Assembly (NCBI GenBank): GCA_963817615.1
Contig: CAWFPH010000003.1
Coordinates: forward strand, 1,822,718 to 1,886,717
Source of the DNA: an uncultured Gammaproteobacteria bacterium
GTDB taxonomy: Bacteria > Pseudomonadota > Gammaproteobacteria > Steroidobacterales > Rariloculaceae
DNA length: 64,000 bases
Direction: 5' to 3'
Shown: in pieces, positions 51,072 through 61,121 of the stretch
Position numbering within the stretch: the stretch's first letter is position 1
Layout of the letters: every line of letters starts with the position of its first letter
Made by a program: the position numbers and the translations under genes
Notes under the pieces: model-generated
Database searches by the model: none
What the model saw: only the letters and a program-made list of their open reading frames with translations
What the model was told of the DNA's origin: nothing

Positions 51072-54000
51072 TCAGACGATGTGCTTCTGATAGTGGATCG
51101 AATAGGACTTTTCGCCGAGCAAACGATCGAGCTCGTCGCGCAGCTCTCGCGTCAGACGAACGGCCCACGAGTCGCCGAGCGTGAGTTTCGCCGCGGCATT
51201 CGGCGCCTGGTAGTCCACGCACACTTCGCAGCTGCCGCCGGTGAACGGCTTCAACGTTCGCTGCAGGTCGTGCACGAGGTCGCCCCGTCCGGCCGCATCC
51301 GGCGACCACACGATCGTGATGCGCCGAGCGTACTCCTCGATCGCTTCGTCGGCCGACCGGATGCGCCGCGCCGTGATTCGCCAGCCGTTGCGAAAGTCGT
51401 CGAAGCGCAGCTGGCCGTCGGCGATCAGCACCGCGTGCTTCGTGATGAGATGCTTCGCCTGGCCGTAGACCTCTTCGAACATCATGACCTCGATGCGCTC
51501 CGTGTCGTCGTCGAGCTCGAGGCTCACCCGATTACCGAACTTGCGCACGTCCTTGATCGCACCGGCAACGGTGACCTCCTTGCGCACGTGATAAGGCAAG
51601 GCTTCGCTCGGCAGGTTCGCGAGCACCTTCGCGATGGAGCCGTTCGTGAAGCGCACGCAATGCTCGGCGTAGTCCTCGAACGGATGCGACGTGAGGTACA
51701 AGCCGAGGCTCGCGAGCTCCCCTTCCCGCAATTCCCGCTTGGTCCACTCGCGCATCGCCGTCATCTCGTAGCGCAATGGCTCGACCGCGGCGTCCGCGCC
51801 GCCGAACAGCGATGCCTGGCCCGCGGCCTCGGCATGGGCCGACCGCTCCGCCAGCCGCAGCGCGTCCGCGATCGCAGCGAACATGGTCCTGCGGTTCGGG
51901 CCCAGCCGGTCGAGCGCACCCGAACGCACGAGCGCTTCGAGCACGCGGCGGTTGATCTTCTGCAGATCGACACGGCGGCAGAGATCGAGGATATCGGTGA
52001 ACGGGCCGTTCGCCTCGCGCTCGGCGACGATCGCCTCGACCGCGCTCTGTCCCATGCCCTTCAGCGCGCCCAGCCCGTAGGTGATCCGGCGCTCGCCGGC
52101 GACCGTGAACGCGTGCACCGAGCGGTTCACGTCGGGGGGCTCGAGCACGATGCCCATCCGCTTGCACTCGTCCTTGAGCACGACGAGCCGGTCGGTGTTG
52201 TCGACGTCGGCCGTGAGCACGGCGGCCATGTAGGCCTCCGGAAAGTGCGCCTTGAGCCACGCCGTCTGATAGGTGATCAGCGCGTAGGCGGCCGCGTGCG
52301 ACTTGTTGAAGCCGTAGCCGGCGAACGTCTCCATCAGATCGAAGATGTGGCTCGCGCGCGCGGGCTCGACGCCGCGCTCGGTCGCGCCCTCGAGGAACAC
52401 GGCGCGCTGCTGAGCCATCTCCTCGGCCTTCTTCTTGCCCATCGCGCGACGCAGCAGATCCGCACCGCCGAGCGAATAGCCCGCGAGGATCTGCGCGATC
52501 TGCATCACCTGCTCTTGGTACAGGATCACGCCATAGGTCGGCTTCAGCGTCGCCTCGAGGCGCGGATGCAGATAATCGGGCGTGCCGCCGCTGTGCTTGC
52601 GGCTGATGAATTCGTCCGCCATCTGCATTGGGCCCGGCCGGAACAACGCGACGATGGCGGTCAAATCGTCGAACCGGTCGGGCTGCAGGCGCTTGATGAG
52701 ATCGCGCATGCCGAACGACTCGACCTGGAACACGGCCGTCGTGTTGCATTGACGGAGCAGCTCGTACGTGGGCGCGTCGTCCACGGGAATCGAATGAATG
52801 TCGACGGGCGGCTCGCCGCGCGCCGCGCGCTCGCGATTGATCGTGGCAACCGCCTTGTCGATGACCGTGAGCGTCTTCAGGCCGAGGAAATCGAACTTGA
52901 TGAGCCCGATCGCCTCGAGATCGTCCTTGTCGAGCTGCGTCAGCAGCGCGCCGTGCGCATCGGCGTACAGCGGCATGAACTCGGTCAGGGGCTCCGGCGC
53001 GATGACCACGCCGCCCGCATGCGTGCCGATGTTGCGCGCGAGGCCTTCCAGCCGCCGCGCAAGATCGATCAGCGAGCGTACCTCGTCGTCGGATTGATAC
53101 ACGCCGCGCAGCTCGTCGTCGTCGGCGATCGCCTTATCGAGCGTGATGCCGATCTCGAACGGGATGAGCTTCGCGATGCGATCCACGTAGCCGTACGGCA
53201 TGCCGAGCGCGCGACCGACGTCGCGCACGACCGCGCGCGCGGCCATCGTGCCGTAGGTCACGATCTGCGAGACACGCTCGCGGCCGTAGCGGCGCGCGAC
53301 GTAGTCGATGACGCGGTCGCGACCCTCGATGCAGAAATCGATGTCGAAGTCCGGCAGCGACACGCGCTCGGGATTCAAGAAGCGCTCGAACAGCAGGTCG
53401 TGCGCAAGCGGATCCAAGTTCGTGATGCCGAGCGAATAGGCGACCAGCGAGCCGACGCCGGAGCCGCGCCCGGGCCCGACCGGGATCGCGTTGTCGTGCG
53501 CCCACGCGATGAAGTCCGCGACGATCAGGAAGTAGCCTTCGAAGCCCATCTTCGAGATCACTTCGATCTCGCGCGCGAGGCGCTCGTGGTAGCGCGCGGC
53601 GGCCGGCGGCTCGATCCCGAGCTGCTTGAACCGCTCTTCGAGCCCGCGCTCGGCGCGTTGCCTCAAGTAGGCTCGCGGCGTGCCGCCGTCGGCGACGACG
53701 AAGTCCGGCAGGAACACGCGGCCGACCTCGACCTCGAGCGAGCAGCGCTTCGCGATCTCGAACGTGTTCGCGAGTGCCTCGGGCAGGTCGGCGAATACCC
53801 GCTCCATTTCGCCGGCCGACTTGAGGTATTGCTCCTCGGTGTAAGCCCGCGGCCGCGACGCGTCGTCGAGCGTAACGCCCTGAGCGATGCATACGCGCGT
53901 CTCGTGCGCCTCGAAATCCTCCCGCTCGAGAAAGCAGACGTCGTTGGTCGCGACGATCGGCACGCCGCGGGCGCCGGCCGCCTCGACCGCGCGCGCGATG

Positions 54001-54539
54001 TACTCGTGCTCACCCGGACGGCCGAGGCGCTGCACCTCCACGTAGAAGCGCTGCGGCAGCAGCGTGCGCCAGTAGTCGAGCACCTCGGGTGCGCGCTCGC
54101 CGCGGCCCGCGATCAGCGCACGGCCGAGCTCGCCCTGCTGGGCGCCCGACAGCGCGATCAGCCCCTCGAGCGCGCTCGCATCGAGCCAATCCTTCAGCAC
54201 CACGTTGCGGCCCGGCGTGACGCCCTCGACCGCGCTCCTGGTGAGCAGCGCGCTCAGACGTTTGAAGCCGATGCGACTCTGACAAAGCAGCGTGAGCCGG
54301 CTGGGCTCGCGGTCGGCGAGCGCGTCGGCGATCCACAGATCCGCTCCGACGATCGGCTTCACGCCGCGCTCGACGGCCGCACGGTAAAACCTCACGAACG
54401 CCGAGACCCCGCCCTGATCGGTGATGGCGCCGGCCGGCATGCCCTTCTCGGCCAGCGCGTCGACGAGCGCGTCGACGCGCACGAGGCTGTCGACGAGCGA
54501 GTATTCGGTGTGAACGCGCAGATGGACGAAGCCGGTCAT
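51072..54539 (-). CDS. dnaE: DNA polymerase III subunit alpha
   Basis: 1155 aa. PHP N-terminus: FVHLRVHTEYSLVDS. Palm and fingers: ...GPGRGSGVGSLVAYSLGIT..DP...PDFDIDF... Also carries an OB-fold C-terminus. Confidence 0.98.
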   Translation of the reverse strand: MTGFVHLRVHTEYSLVDSLVRVDALVDALAEKGMPAGAITDQGGVSAFVRFYRAAVERGVKPIVGADLWIADALADREPSRLTLLCQSRIGFKRLSALLTRSAVEGVTPGRNVVLKDWLDASALEGLIALSGAQQGELGRALIAGRGERAPEVLDYWRTLLPQRFYVEVQRLGRPGEHEYIARAVEAAGARGVPIVATNDVCFLEREDFEAHETRVCIAQGVTLDDASRPRAYTEEQYLKSAGEMERVFADLPEALANTFEIAKRCSLEVEVGRVFLPDFVVADGGTPRAYLRQRAERGLEERFKQLGIEPPAAARYHERLAREIEVISKMGFEGYFLIVADFIAWAHDNAIPVGPGRGSGVGSLVAYSLGITNLDPLAHDLLFERFLNPERVSLPDFDIDFCIEGRDRVIDYVARRYGRERVSQIVTYGTMAARAVVRDVGRALGMPYGYVDRIAKLIPFEIGITLDKAIADDDELRGVYQSDDEVRSLIDLARRLEGLARNIGTHAGGVVIAPEPLTEFMPLYADAHGALLTQLDKDDLEAIGLIKFDFLGLKTLTVIDKAVATINRERAARGEPPVDIHSIPVDDAPTYELLRQCNTTAVFQVESFGMRDLIKRLQPDRFDDLTAIVALFRPGPMQMADEFISRKHSGGTPDYLHPRLEATLKPTYGVILYQEQVMQIAQILAGYSLGGADLLRRAMGKKKAEEMAQQRAVFLEGATERGVEPARASHIFDLMETFAGYGFNKSHAAAYALITYQTAWLKAHFPEAYMAAVLTADVDNTDRLVVLKDECKRMGIVLEPPDVNRSVHAFTVAGERRITYGLGALKGMGQSAVEAIVAEREANGPFTDILDLCRRVDLQKINRRVLEALVRSGALDRLGPNRRTMFAAIADALRLAERSAHAEAAGQASLFGGADAAVEPLRYEMTAMREWTKRELREGELASLGLYLTSHPFEDYAEHCVRFTNGSIAKVLANLPSEALPYHVRKEVTVAGAIKDVRKFGNRVSLELDDDTERIEVMMFEEVYGQAKHLITKHAVLIADGQLRFDDFRNGWRITARRIRSADEAIEEYARRITIVWSPDAAGRGDLVHDLQRTLKPFTGGSCEVCVDYQAPNAAAKLTLGDSWAVRLTRELRDELDRLLGEKSYSIHYQKHIV

Positions 54540-54648
54540 GCGGACGGCCTCTCGATCGGCCGCTCGAGCCGTCGCGCTCGAGCGCGGGCCGGCGCACCGA
54601 GGCGCGCCCCCGCCGCGACTCGGGCGGATCGTCTCGAAGGCCGCAGGT

Positions 54649-55804
54649 TCATCCGGTTCCCCGTACCAGCTCGAGCACCTCGCGCGCCGCGGTTACGCTC
54701 GCGTCGCAGCGCAACTGACGATGAATGTCGGCGAACACATCATACCAGTCGGGCACGAGCGGCTTGCCGCTCAGGAACTGCTCGAGGCGCGGGCCGAGCA
54801 CCTCCGGCCGCACCTGATCCTGCACGTACTCGGGGACCACCTCGCGGCCTGCCAACAGGTTCGGCAACGAGAAATGGCGCATCTTCGCTCCGCCGAGCCG
54901 GCGATACAGCCAATACGTGAGCGGCGCGAGCCGATGCGCGACGACCATTTGCCGCTTGGTGAGCAGCGTCTCGAGGCTCGCGGTGCCCGATGCCGTGAGC
55001 ACGACGTCGGCCGCCGCCATCACGTCGCGCGCGCGGCCCACGATCAAATGCGCGGGCGGCGAGAGCGCGAGCCCGGCGACCGCCGCGCGATAGAGCTCGC
55101 CGATCGGCTCGCTCGCGAGCCCCACCGCAACCTCGAGACCCGGACGGCGCTGCTGCAACCATGCCGCGGTCGCCATGAACGACGCAGCGAGGGTCGTGAC
55201 CTCGCTGCGGCGGCTGCCCGGCAGCACGGCCAGCACCTCGCCGCTTGCCGGCAAAGCGAGCGCGGCGCGTGCGGCCGCGCGATCCACGTGCTCCGGAATG
55301 GCGTCCGCCAGCGGATGCCCGACGAACTTCGCATTCACGCCGTGGCGCTCGTAGAAGCGAGTCTCGAACGGCAGGACGCACAGCACGAGATCGACGGCTG
55401 CGCGAATCTTCGTGACGCGCGACTGGCGCCAGGCCCAGACCTGCGGGCTCACGTATTGCACGGTGCGGACGACCTAAGCGCTTCAGCGCGGCCGCGGCCG
55501 GCAGATTGAAATCCGGCGCGTCGATGCCGATGTAGACGTCGACCCGTGCCGCCGCCGCGCGCGCGATCAGGTCGCGGCGGAGCGCGAGCAAGCGCGGCAG
55601 ATGCCGCAGCACCTCGGCGAAGCCCATGACCGAGATTTCCTCGGCGCGGTACCACGGCTCGCACCCGGCAGCGATCATCTTGGGTCCCGCCATGCCGACG
55701 AACTCGGTGCCGGGCGCCGCCGCGCGCAGCGCCTCGATCAGCCCGGCGCCGAGCGTGTCGCCCGAAGCCTCGCCTGCGGCGAGTGCGATGCGCAGCGCTG
55801 CCAT
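54649..55804 (-). pseudogene. lpxB: Lipid-A-disaccharide synthase with an apparent 1-nt frameshift (true pseudogene or sequence error)
   Basis: The N-terminal part (MAALRIALAAGEASGDTLGAGLIEAL...IGIDAPDFNLPAAAALKRLG) is in the frame of track ORF 54740..55804. The C-terminal part (VRTVQYVSPQVWAWRQSRVTKI...FVGHPLAD...) is in the frame of ORF 54649..55461. The span is 1156 nt, which is 385 codons plus 1 nt. The switch maps to ~55468-55474. Confidence 0.85.
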
Positions 55805-55816
55805 CGCCCGGAACGA

Positions 55817-56587
55817 CTAGCGCGCGAGCCCGCGCGAGCTCTCGCGCAGAGACTCGACAAACGGTCCGATCTCGGGCTGCTCGAGCGCGCGCTCTGCGAG
55901 TGCCGCGATCGCCTCCTCGAGCTTGAGCCCCTGCCGGAACACGGTGCGATACGCTTCGCGGATGTTGCGAATCTGCGCGGCGGGAAAGCCGCGCCGTTTC
56001 AGACCCTCCGCGTTGATGCCGCGCGGCTCCGCAGGCCGCCCCGACGCCGTGACGTAGGCCGGAATGTCCTTCGTCACGTAGCTGAACATGCTCGTGAGCG
56101 CGTGCGCGCCGATCCGGCAAAACTGATGCACCGCCGTGAATCCGCCGAGTATCGCGTAGTCCCCGATGCGCACATGCCCGGCGATCGACGCGTTGTTGGC
56201 GAAGATCGTGTTGCAGCCGACCACGCAATCGTGCGCAATGTGCGAGTACGCCATGATCCAGTTGTCATCGCCGACGCGCGTGACGCCCTGGTCCTGCACG
56301 GTACCGCGATTGATCGTGCAGCATTCGCGAATGGTGTTGCGGCTGCCGATCACGAGACTCGTGCGCTCGCCCTTGTACTTCTTGTCCTGAGGATCGTCGC
56401 CGATCGAAGCGAACTGGAAGATGTGGTTGTCCTCGCCGAGCACGGTCGGCCCTTTGATCACGGCGTGCGGCTCGATGCGGCAGCCGCGCCCGATCTCGAC
56501 TTCGGCGCCGATCACCGCGTACGGCCCGACGTAGACATCGGCAGCAACGCGAGCCTCGCTCGCTACGACGGCCTTCGGGTCGATCAA
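55817..56587 (-). CDS. lpxA: Acyl-ACP--UDP-N-acetylglucosamine O-acyltransferase
   Basis: Hexapeptide-repeat protein: ...[32 protein letters not shown]...[12 protein letters not shown]... The start is proposed at TTG 56587, overlapping the fabZ stop (TTGA) and giving (M)IDPKA... of 256 aa. The track ORF's 5' extension runs into fabZ. Confidence 0.93.
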   Translation of the reverse strand: MIDPKAVVASEARVAADVYVGPYAVIGAEVEIGRGCRIEPHAVIKGPTVLGEDNHIFQFASIGDDPQDKKYKGERTSLVIGSRNTIRECCTINRGTVQDQGVTRVGDDNWIMAYSHIAHDCVVGCNTIFANNASIAGHVRIGDYAILGGFTAVHQFCRIGAHALTSMFSYVTKDIPAYVTASGRPAEPRGINAEGLKRRGFPAAQIRNIREAYRTVFRQGLKLEEAIAALAERALEQPEIGPFVESLRESSRGLAR

Positions 56588-57036
56588 GACTTCGGCCCGT
56601 CCGCCATCAGGATCTCGGCCTCGGCAACGAGCTTGCCGTCGATCTCCGCGTGCGCCGCATAGCGCCAGAGATTGCGGCGCCGCTGAACGAGCTCGGCTTT
56701 GAGCACGAGCTGGTCGCCGGGCCGCACCGGGTGCTTGAAGCGCGCCTTGTCGATGCCGACGAGGTAGAGGATCCAGATTCGCTCTTCCGCCGTGACGCTT
56801 TCCCATGCGAGCACGCCGCTGGCCTGCGCGAGCGCCTCGAGCACGAGCACGCCCGGCATCACGGGATGGCCCGGGAAGTGGCCGACGAAGAACGCCTCGT
56901 TGGCGGATACGTTCTTCACGGCCACGATCGACTTGCCCGGCACGACGTCGAGCACTCGATCCACGAGCAGGAACGGGAAACGATGCGGCAGGCGTTCGAG
57001 AATGCCTTGGATGTCGAGCGGTTTCGTGTCGGTCAT
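56584..57036 (-). CDS. fabZ: 3-hydroxyacyl-ACP dehydratase FabZ
   Basis: ...[15 protein letters not shown]...[29 protein letters not shown]... Confidence 0.95.
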   Translation of the reverse strand: MTDTKPLDIQGILERLPHRFPFLLVDRVLDVVPGKSIVAVKNVSANEAFFVGHFPGHPVMPGVLVLEALAQASGVLAWESVTAEERIWILYLVGIDKARFKHPVRPGDQLVLKAELVQRRRNLWRYAAHAEIDGKLVAEAEILMADGPKS

Positions 57037-58076
57037 CGCCGTCTTTCCGGGTCTTCGAGGAGGATGCGGAGTTTACGCTCGGCCTCGCTCAGTCGCTCGG
57101 CCAAGGACTCGAGACGGCGAAAGCGTGCGACGCTGCGCCGCCAGCTGCTCGCCTCTTCCGCCGGCAGCGTGCCCGAATACGTGCCCGGTGCTGCGACGGA
57201 CTTCGTAACGACACTGCGGAACGTGAACATCACGTCGTCGCAGATCTCGATCTGGTTCACGAGCACCGCGCCGCCGCCGATCATACAGCGCTTGCCGATC
57301 TTCGTGCTCCCCGCGGCGCCCGACATCGCGGCCATCACGGTATGCGCACCGACGCGCACGTTGTGGGCGATTTGCACGAGATTGTCGAGCTTCACGCCGT
57401 CCTCGATCACGGTGTCGTCGATGGCGCCCCGATCGATCGTCGTGTTCGCGCCGATCTCGACGTCGTCGCCGATCACGACGCCGCCGACCTGCGGAATCTT
57501 GCGCCACTCGCCGTGGTCCGGCGCGAATCCGAAGCCGTCGGCGCCGATCACGGCCCCCGGATGCACGACGCAGCGCTGTCCGATCCGCACGCCGCTTTGC
57601 ACGGTGACGTGCGGCGCGAGCCGCGTCTCGGCCCCGATCGCAACGCCGTCGCCGAGCACACAGGCCGCGCCGATCACCGCGTTCTCCCCGATCGTGCAGC
57701 GGCCGCCGACGACCGCGTGCGGTCCGATCTCGGCCGACGGCGGCACCTTGGCGGTGGCCGCGACGACCGCGCTCGCGTGCACGCCCGGATTCGGCGCGGC
57801 CGCCGGATGCAGGCGCGCGGCGACCTTCGCGTAGATCAAATACGGCTCCGGATGGACGAGGCAATCGACCGGGCACGCATCGCGATCGCGTACGGCCAAG
57901 ATCACGGCGCCCGCACGCGTGTGGGCGAGCTGCAGGCGGTACAGCGGATTCGCGAGAAACGTGATCGCGTCGGAGCCGGCTCCGGCGAGCGTGCCGACTC
58001 GGTCGACGGCGCGGTCGGGATCGCCGCGCAGCTCGCAGCCGAATGCGTCCGCGAGCTCACGTAGGGTCGCGGGCAT
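57033..58076 (-). CDS. lpxD: UDP-3-O-(3-hydroxyacyl)glucosamine N-acyltransferase
   Basis: 347 aa, with a long left-handed beta-helix hexapeptide region. The N-terminus ([19 protein letters not shown]...ITFLANPLY) is typical of LpxD. ATGA overlap with fabZ. Confidence 0.95.
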   Translation of the reverse strand: MPATLRELADAFGCELRGDPDRAVDRVGTLAGAGSDAITFLANPLYRLQLAHTRAGAVILAVRDRDACPVDCLVHPEPYLIYAKVAARLHPAAAPNPGVHASAVVAATAKVPPSAEIGPHAVVGGRCTIGENAVIGAACVLGDGVAIGAETRLAPHVTVQSGVRIGQRCVVHPGAVIGADGFGFAPDHGEWRKIPQVGGVVIGDDVEIGANTTIDRGAIDDTVIEDGVKLDNLVQIAHNVRVGAHTVMAAMSGAAGSTKIGKRCMIGGGAVLVNQIEICDDVMFTFRSVVTKSVAAPGTYSGTLPAEEASSWRRSVARFRRLESLAERLSEAERKLRILLEDPERRR

Positions 58077-58112
58077 CGACGCGGCCGCGCTGGTCCCGCC
58101 CTCTGCGGCGGC

Positions 58113-58715
58113 TTACTTGCCGGACTTGCCGGTGGGTTTCGCCGCCTTGTCGCCGTCCTTGTCCTGCTTGAGCATCTCGAGCACGGCGGAGGTGATGTCG
58201 ACGGCGCTGCTGAAGTAGATCGCGTCCGCGACCACGAGGTCGAACTTCTGCGCGCTCGCGTAGGTCTGCACGCGCTGCAGGATATCGCGCTGCAGCTTGC
58301 CGACCTCCTCGTTCTTGCGCACGTTGAGATCCTCGAGATATTCGTTCTGCAACCGCTGCAGATCGCGCTGGCCGTCTCGGATGTCGCGCTCGAGCTTGTC
58401 GCGCTCCTCTTGGCCCATCACGTCCTTGTCGCGGTTGTAGTTGTCCTGCTGAGTCTGCAGCTTTTGCTGCATCGCGACGATCGTGCTCTGGCGCTGGCCG
58501 AACTCCGCTTTCAACCGGTCGTTCACGGCTTGCGATTGCGGCGCCTGCTCGAGCAGCCGGCCGACGTTGATCACGCCGATCTTCAGGTTGTTTTGCGCAT
58601 TCGCGGCCAGCGGAGCGAGCACCGCAGCGGCGAGCAGCGCGGCGAAGCCCCATCTGCCGTGCTTGACGCCCGCACGAAATTGCCGCACGCCCGAAGCGAC
58701 CTGCGTCCTGATCAT
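58113..58715 (-). CDS. skp: Periplasmic chaperone Skp (OmpH family)
   Basis: Signal peptide ...AAAVLAPLAANA|QNNLKIGVINV, followed by long coiled-coil arms rich in Q/E/K/R. Located between bamA and lpxD. Confidence 0.85.
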   Translation of the reverse strand: MIRTQVASGVRQFRAGVKHGRWGFAALLAAAVLAPLAANAQNNLKIGVINVGRLLEQAPQSQAVNDRLKAEFGQRQSTIVAMQQKLQTQQDNYNRDKDVMGQEERDKLERDIRDGQRDLQRLQNEYLEDLNVRKNEEVGKLQRDILQRVQTYASAQKFDLVVADAIYFSSAVDITSAVLEMLKQDKDGDKAAKPTGKSGK

Positions 58716-58730
58716 GAAATCATTCCCTCG

Positions 58731-61121
58731 TTACTGGAAGGCGTTGCCGATGGAAAACTGAAAGCGCTCCACGTTGTCGCCAAAGAAACGATCCGTTGCG
58801 GCGTCTGCATTCAGCGGCGAAGCATAGCTGAACCGCAGCAACCCCAACGGTGCCAGCCATTCGACGCCAACGCCCACGGATTTCTTTAACCTATCATATT
58901 TGAAATCGTAATCGATAGGGTCGCCGAGCTTGTCGGTGAAATGCACGTCCTTGCTGGTCGAGAACACGTTGCCCACGTCGGCGAAGATCACCATCCGCGT
59001 CGAGCCCGCCAGTTTCGCAGGGGTCGGCAATACGATCTCGAACTGATTCGCGACCAGCATATTGCCGCCGTAGGGGTTGCCCAGCGAGTCGACGGGCCCG
59101 AGATAGCTCTCCTTGAAGCCGCGCACCGTGCCGGGACCGCCGCCGTAGCGATTGCGGAACGGCGGCAGCGACGTGGTGTCGCCGTAGCCGTCGCCGAAGC
59201 CGAGCTCGCTGCGAATCCTGAAGCGCCATGCGCCCGGCAGCCGGATGTACTTCTCGAAGTTCATCGACGCAACGTAGTACTCGACTTCGCTGCCGGGGGC
59301 GGTCGCGTTCACGCCGAAATCGATCCGCGAGCCCAACGACGGAAACAGCGTCGCGTTGCGCGAGTCCCGCGACCACCCGGTCGCGAGCTCGAGGGTGCGC
59401 ACCTTCGTGCCGAGAATCCCGCTGGCATCCGCGAAAGGATTGCCGTTGCTCTGCACCCAATCGGTCGACTGCGTCGAGGACAGGCCCGGGTAGGCCAGCA
59501 GCTCGGTATCCTGATAGGCGAAGCCGAAGCGAACGGTCTGGATCTCGGAGATCGGATAAGCCCAGTTGATACCGGCCGCGAGCGTCTGCGTCGAGAAGGC
59601 TGACGAGGCCGACGTCGGTTGCTTGTAATCCGTGTACGTCAGGGACAACGTGCGCGCGAGGTGATCGATGTTGCGGTACGGATCCGTGAAGTTGATGTCG
59701 TAGATCTTCTGGTATTCGCCGCCCTGCAGCTGCACGGCCACGCTCTTGCCCGTGCCGAGGAAGTTCGTATGCACGAAGTTGCCGCCGAGCGTCACGCCGA
59801 ACGTCTCGGAATAGCCGATCGTGCCGCCGAATTGTCCGGGCAGACCCTCTTCGATCTTGAAGTTCACGTCGACGAGGTCGGGCGTGCCCGGCACGGGCTT
59901 CGTGTCGTGATCGACCTTTTTCACGTAAGGCAGGCGCTGCAGATTGATCTGCGAGCGGTCGACGAGATCGTTCGACAGATACGCGCCTTCGAGCTGCCGC
60001 ATCTCGCGCCGGAACACCTCGTCGTTCACGTTCGCGACGCCGTCGAAGTTGACGCGGCGAACGTACACACGATTGCGCGGGTCGACGAAGAACGTGACCG
60101 CGGCCTCCTTGGTCTCCTTGTTCAGCTCGGGCACCGCGCGGATCTGGGCGAACGCATAGCCGTCCTGGCCGAGCCTGAGCTGCATGAGCTTCTCGCTGTT
60201 CGTGAGCAGGCGCTGTGAGAACACCTGGCCCGGCTGCGCCAGTATGAGGCCCTTGAGCTGATCCTCCGGAACGACCATCTCGCCGGCCATCCGCACGTTC
60301 GAGATCTTGTAGCGGTCGCCCTCGTCCACGCTGATCGTCACGAAGATGTCGCGCTTGTCGGGCGAGATCGAGACCTGCACGTCCTCGAGCCGGAAATCGG
60401 CGAAGCCGCGGTCCATATAGAACGCCCTGAGCTTGTCGAGGTCGCCCTCGAGCGCCTCCTTCGAGTAGCGGTCGTTTTGCTTGATGAACGACAGAAAGTT
60501 GCCGGTCTTCAGCTCGAATCCCTGGATGATCTCCTTGTCGGGAAACGACGCGTTGCCGACGATATTGACCTCGCGAATCTTCGCTCGGTCGCCCTCCTCG
60601 ATCTTGATGGACACGCGCACGCGGTTGTCCTGCAGCGGCTCGACGGTGGGGGTGATCTTCGCCGCGTATTTGCCGCGGCCGTAGTACTCCTCGGTCAGCG
60701 ACTGCGTGAGCTCGTCGAGCGTCGATTGATTGAAGATCTTGCCCTGGGCGAGGCCGTTCTCGGTCAGGACCTTCTTCAGATCATCGTCCTTGATGTCCTT
60801 GTTGCCCGAGAACGTGAACTCCTGGATCGAGGGACGCTCGAGCACGACGATCACGAGCGTGTCGCCGTCCTTGCGGAACTCGAAGTCCTGGAAGAAGCCG
60901 GTCATGAACAGCGCGCGGCCCGCCTCGCGCAGCTTTTGCGCGTCGACCGTGTCGCCGATGTTGATCGGCAGATAGTTGTAGATCGTGCCCTCCGCGATCC
61001 GCTGCGCGCCTTCGACGCGGAAGTTGCGTACCACGAACGGTTGGAACGCGGCGCGGGCGGAAAAGGCCACACACAGTCCGGCGACTAGCAGCGCCAGCTT
61101 CGCGAATTGCGCGATTTTCAT
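58731..61121 (-). CDS. bamA: Outer membrane protein assembly factor BamA
   Basis: Real start at ATG 61121 (ATGA overlap with the rseP stop). MKIAQFAKLALLVAGLCVAFSARA|AFQPFVVRNFRVEGAQRI... (POTRA1), five POTRA-like repeats in total, and a C-terminal barrel ending ...FQFSIGNAFQ. 796 aa. Confidence 0.97.
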   Translation of the reverse strand: MKIAQFAKLALLVAGLCVAFSARAAFQPFVVRNFRVEGAQRIAEGTIYNYLPINIGDTVDAQKLREAGRALFMTGFFQDFEFRKDGDTLVIVVLERPSIQEFTFSGNKDIKDDDLKKVLTENGLAQGKIFNQSTLDELTQSLTEEYYGRGKYAAKITPTVEPLQDNRVRVSIKIEEGDRAKIREVNIVGNASFPDKEIIQGFELKTGNFLSFIKQNDRYSKEALEGDLDKLRAFYMDRGFADFRLEDVQVSISPDKRDIFVTISVDEGDRYKISNVRMAGEMVVPEDQLKGLILAQPGQVFSQRLLTNSEKLMQLRLGQDGYAFAQIRAVPELNKETKEAAVTFFVDPRNRVYVRRVNFDGVANVNDEVFRREMRQLEGAYLSNDLVDRSQINLQRLPYVKKVDHDTKPVPGTPDLVDVNFKIEEGLPGQFGGTIGYSETFGVTLGGNFVHTNFLGTGKSVAVQLQGGEYQKIYDINFTDPYRNIDHLARTLSLTYTDYKQPTSASSAFSTQTLAAGINWAYPISEIQTVRFGFAYQDTELLAYPGLSSTQSTDWVQSNGNPFADASGILGTKVRTLELATGWSRDSRNATLFPSLGSRIDFGVNATAPGSEVEYYVASMNFEKYIRLPGAWRFRIRSELGFGDGYGDTTSLPPFRNRYGGGPGTVRGFKESYLGPVDSLGNPYGGNMLVANQFEIVLPTPAKLAGSTRMVIFADVGNVFSTSKDVHFTDKLGDPIDYDFKYDRLKKSVGVGVEWLAPLGLLRFSYASPLNADAATDRFFGDNVERFQFSIGNAFQ

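Noticed and set aside
51015-54920. Very long ORFs antisense to, or out of frame with, recognised genes. Examples: 1301 aa at 51015..54920 (+) opposite dnaE; 667 aa at 31504..33507 (+) opposite sdhA; 611 aa at 938..2773 (-); 735 aa at 11511..13718 (+); 692 aa at 40856..42934 (+).
   Set aside because: Their translations are Arg/Ala/Pro/Gly-rich low-complexity strings with no recognisable motifs. They overlap genes that have unambiguous homology on the other strand or frame. Stop-codon scarcity in ~2/3 G+C DNA produces such ORFs by chance.
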